Assembly: GCA_047605325.1 (NCBI GenBank)
Contig: JASGFX010000002.1
Span: 39,642-103,641 of the forward strand
Reading direction: 5' to 3'
DNA: 64,000 bases
Source: Solirubrobacterales bacterium
GTDB taxonomy: Bacteria; Actinomycetota; Thermoleophilia; Solirubrobacterales; JACPNS01
Within the stretch, counting starts at the first letter, position 1. Each line of letters begins with the position of its first letter. The position numbers and the translations under genes were made by a program. The notes under the pieces are model-generated. The model worked only from the letters and a program-made list of their open reading frames with translations. It did no database searches and was not told where the DNA came from. This document shows, piece after piece, positions 61,278 through 64,000 of this stretch.

Positions 61278-62567
61278 TTATACCGGGCGGTCGCCCCTCG
61301 CAGCCGGTTCTGCGCTGTGCGGGCGCAGCAATGCGCCGACACGATCGAGGATCACGCCCGCGACCTGCGCCTTGGTGCCACGCGGAGGGCGCTCGGGTTC
61401 GGCGCCGCGAGTCAGGAGCGTGACTTCGTTGCCGTCGACTTCGAAGCCGATCGTCGGGTCGGCGATGTCGTTGGCGACGATCATGTCGAGCCCCTTGGAT
61501 TCGAGCTTGCGCTGTGCTTCCGGCAACAATGCGTCGCCTGCCTCGGCGGCGAAACCGACGACGATCTGACCGGGCCTGCGCAGGTCTTTGAGGCCTTTGA
61601 GGACGTCGTTGGTGGCGACTAGTTCGATCTCCATGCCCTGCCTGCCAGCCTTCTTGATCTTGCCCTCGGCGGGCCTGGCCGGGGTGAAGTCGGCGACGGC
61701 TGCCGCCATGATCAGCGCGTCGGTTGACGTGAAGTGTTCGCGGACCGCGCTTTCGAGTTCAGCGGCGCTCGAGACGTCCACGTAGTCGATTGCGGGATTG
61801 CGTGGCAGCGCGACGTTGGCGGCGACGACCGTGACCTCCGCCCCCCGCGCGGCCGCCTCGTCGGCGATCGCGAAGCCCATCTTGCCGCTCGAGCGGTTGC
61901 CGACGTAGCGGACCTCATCGATCGGCTCGCGTGTGCCACCGGCGCTGACGAGCAGCTTGAGGCCGTCCAGCGAACGCGGCGCGAAGTTCTGATCGCCGGT
62001 CAGGGCGCGCTCCACCGCTCCGAGCAGTTCCTGCGGCTCGGGCAGCCGGCCGACGCCGTATTCGCCCTTGGACGCAAGCTCGCCGGTACCAGGGTCGAGC
62101 ACGGTGACGCCGCGTGCGCGCAGCGTCTCGACGTTCGTGCGCGTGGCCGCACTCGTGTACATGTCGTTGTTCATCGCCGGCGCGACGATCAGCGGCTTCC
62201 TGCAGGTCAGGGCGAGCGCAGTGACCATGTTGTCGGCTTGGCCGGCAGCAATCTTCGCGATCGTGTTGGCTGTCGCAGGCGCGACGAGGAAGACGTCGCA
62301 ATTGGCGGCGAGCTCCAGGTGGGCGATCGGATCGTGCGCGGGACGTTGCTGGTCCTGGAAGACGCCGCCGGCCGGATCGGTCTCGAACTGGTCGATCAGC
62401 ACCGGCGCGCCGGCGATCCCCTCAAACGAGGACCGACCGACGAAGTTGAGACTGTCGGGAGTCTGCACGACGCGTACGAAGTGGCCCGCCTTGATCGCAA
62501 GGCGGGTGAACTCGAGCGTTTTGTATGCGGCGATCCCGCCGCTGACTCCTAGAAGAATGCGGGCCAT
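61278..62567 (-). CDS. coaBC: Bifunctional phosphopantothenoylcysteine decarboxylase/ligase
   Basis: GVSGGIAAYK, APATANTIAK, PAMN, GGTREPID.VRY..NRSSGKMG and VGFAAE. Confidence 0.97.
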   Translation of the reverse strand: MARILLGVSGGIAAYKTLEFTRLAIKAGHFVRVVQTPDSLNFVGRSSFEGIAGAPVLIDQFETDPAGGVFQDQQRPAHDPIAHLELAANCDVFLVAPATANTIAKIAAGQADNMVTALALTCRKPLIVAPAMNNDMYTSAATRTNVETLRARGVTVLDPGTGELASKGEYGVGRLPEPQELLGAVERALTGDQNFAPRSLDGLKLLVSAGGTREPIDEVRYVGNRSSGKMGFAIADEAAARGAEVTVVAANVALPRNPAIDYVDVSSAAELESAVREHFTSTDALIMAAAVADFTPARPAEGKIKKAGRQGMEIELVATNDVLKGLKDLRRPGQIVVGFAAEAGDALLPEAQRKLESKGLDMIVANDIADPTIGFEVDGNEVTLLTRGAEPERPPRGTKAQVAGVILDRVGALLRPHSAEPAARGDRPV

Positions 62568-62778
62568 CGGGATGATTATCGACGGTTTCGGCAGCTTCCA
62601 CCCCGCCTGCAACGACGTTGCCAAGCCTCCAGCCCGGCACGGCAACAGGATCTGGCTTGTTCAGGGCGCAAACGACCCATCGTCTTGCCCCGCGGACAGG
62701 ACGATGGAAGATCCTCCGCTCGAACAAGCCTCTGGGCAAATCGGCGACTCCCCGCCAGACACCACAATCCGCCGCCCC

Positions 62779-62812
62779 CAAAACGCAAACTGCCCGCCAA
62801 GAGGCGGGCAGT
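62779..62812 (-). terminator. Intrinsic terminator after rpoZ
   Basis: Minus strand ACTGCCCGCC-TCTT-GGCGGGCAGT followed by TTGCGTTTT. Confidence 0.7.
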
Positions 62813-62838
62813 GCAAGGACTGAGCAATCAGCTCGCTC

Positions 62839-63066
62839 TCAGCGGTACTGGTACTTCAGCTTGTCGGCCTCGATCTCTTCGAGCGCGATCGTGAGGTAGT
62901 TCTTCGAGCGAGTGTCGACCATCGGCGGAACGTACTCGCCGAAGTGGCCCTCACCGAGGCCGTGGTAGTACGAGCTGATCTGGCGCGCACGCTTGGCGGC
63001 GACGATCACCGACGCATACTGCGAATCGATCTTCTCAAGCAACTTGTCTACACGGGGTTCGACCAC
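62839..63066 (-). CDS. rpoZ: RNA polymerase omega subunit
   Basis: LLEKIDSQY..VI.AAKRARQI..Y; LTIALEEI; gmk-rpoZ-coaBC synteny; AAGGAG SD. Confidence 0.95.
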   Translation of the reverse strand: MVEPRVDKLLEKIDSQYASVIVAAKRARQISSYYHGLGEGHFGEYVPPMVDTRSKNYLTIALEEIEADKLKYQYR

Positions 63067-63132
63067 GGGGTCTCCTTCAAAAACTGGTTGGAACGGAGGA
63101 TTGTAGAGCCTTCGACGCGTGAGGCGCCGGGC

Positions 63133-63702
63133 CTACCGCGCCGAGATGATCGCGTCGAGCTCATCGACGGCGCGATCGAGGTCGTCATTGACGACCACGT
63201 GCTCGAACTCGTGCTGCGCAGCGAGTTCCTCTTCGGCGACCTTCAGTCGGCGCTCGATCGCCTCCGCCGTATCGGTCGCGCGGCCGACCAGACGCTCACG
63301 CAGGGTCTCGGGCGTCGGCGGAGCGATGAAGATCTGCGTCGCCTCGGGCATCGTCTCGCGAATCTGCCGCGCGCCCTGCAACTCGATCTCGAGGACAACT
63401 CCCCCCTTTGCCGCGTTGCGTTCCAGCTCACTGCGCAGAGTGCCGTACTGGTTGCCGCTGTAGGCAGCGTGCTCGACAAACTCGCCGGCCGCGACGCGGC
63501 GATGGAAATCGGTCGGCGTGAGGAAGTGGTAGTGCTGGCCGTCGGACTCGCCCTCGCGCGGGGCACGCGTCGTCGCGGAAACAGAGAGTCCGAGACCCGG
63601 ATGACGTTCGCGCAGCGCGCGGATGACCGTGCCCTTTCCGACACCCGACGGACCCGTGATCACGTAGACGGACGGTGCCTGATCGACAGGACCGGCGGTC
63701 AT
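63133..63702 (-). CDS. gmk: Guanylate kinase
   Basis: GPSGVGKGT, SVSATTRAPR.GE.DG..YHF and YGT. Confidence 0.97.
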   Translation of the reverse strand: MTAGPVDQAPSVYVITGPSGVGKGTVIRALRERHPGLGLSVSATTRAPREGESDGQHYHFLTPTDFHRRVAAGEFVEHAAYSGNQYGTLRSELERNAAKGGVVLEIELQGARQIRETMPEATQIFIAPPTPETLRERLVGRATDTAEAIERRLKVAEEELAAQHEFEHVVVNDDLDRAVDELDAIISAR

Positions 63703-63709
63703 CTCACAC

Positions 63710-64000
63710 CTACGGGCGGCGCAGCGCTTCGATCAGCTCGCCGCGCTGACGCTCGGACAGACCGATCACGGTCTTGCTCGGAGAGATGCGGCAACGCTGG
63801 AGGATCTTGGTGACCTTGACGCGGCCGTAGCGCGGCACGGCGAGCATGATGTCGGCGACCTTTGCGGAATGAACGCACTCCGGCGGATCGGCGAGAACCT
63901 GCTCGATGCGGACGCGGCCGGCCTTGAGGTCACGCTTCAGCGTGGCGCGTTCCGTACGCACTGCATTCGCGAGCTTGAGGGCCTCCAGACGCTGCGAGGG
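63710..64000 (-). CDS. Actinobacterial integration host factor (mIHF/sIHF-like); 5' end outside the window
   Basis: ...RLEALKLANAVRTERATLKRDLK...AKV...L.AVP.YGRVK...I...KTV.GL..RQR (H2TH fold); conserved position upstream of gmk. Confidence 0.88.
   Translation of the reverse strand, partial: PSQRLEALKLANAVRTERATLKRDLKAGRVRIEQVLADPPECVHSAKVADIMLAVPRYGRVKVTKILQRCRISPSKTVIGLSERQRGELIEALRRP

Overview
High-GC, gene-dense bacterial chromosome segment. It is most consistent with a deep-branching actinobacterium (Thermoleophilia/Solirubrobacterales-like; inferred from mIHF, Gram-positive LexA boxes, MurT/GatD and DapL-DapF). About 1-21 kb is a mosaic accessory region: beta-PGM + GH65 phosphorylase, Nramp-like transporter, katG, a sulfatase/MFS cluster, MTHFR-like and RibD-like reductases, a class II UvrA, two TMEM175 channels, lactate 2-monooxygenase and an AKR. 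About 21-64 kb is mostly a conserved minus-strand backbone (mIHF-gmk-rpoZ-coaBC-rimP-nusA-infB-rbfA-nrnA-truB-ribF-rpsO-pnp-M16-dapB...dapA-rnj-ftsK-rodZ-cinA-recA-miaB-miaA-dapF-dapL-hflX-dut). Two accessory blocks interrupt it: PucR + atypical M28 peptidase, and DUF3052/DUF1800/DUF1501/cupredoxin/Stf0/sulfatase. I recognised no rRNA, tRNA, transposase, integrase or true CRISPR-Cas. Most notable observations: (1) a 32-bp-period palindromic repeat array that fills the miaB-miaA gap and supplies the miaA ribosome-binding site; (2) a mycobacterial-like Stf0 sulfotransferase/AtsG-like sulfatase pair in head-to-head arrangement; (3) a +1 frameshift splitting infB; (4) a NusA with a CCCH motif and long acidic tail; (5) pervasive leaderless-type promoters. 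All product calls come from motif recognition by eye; no database searches were run.
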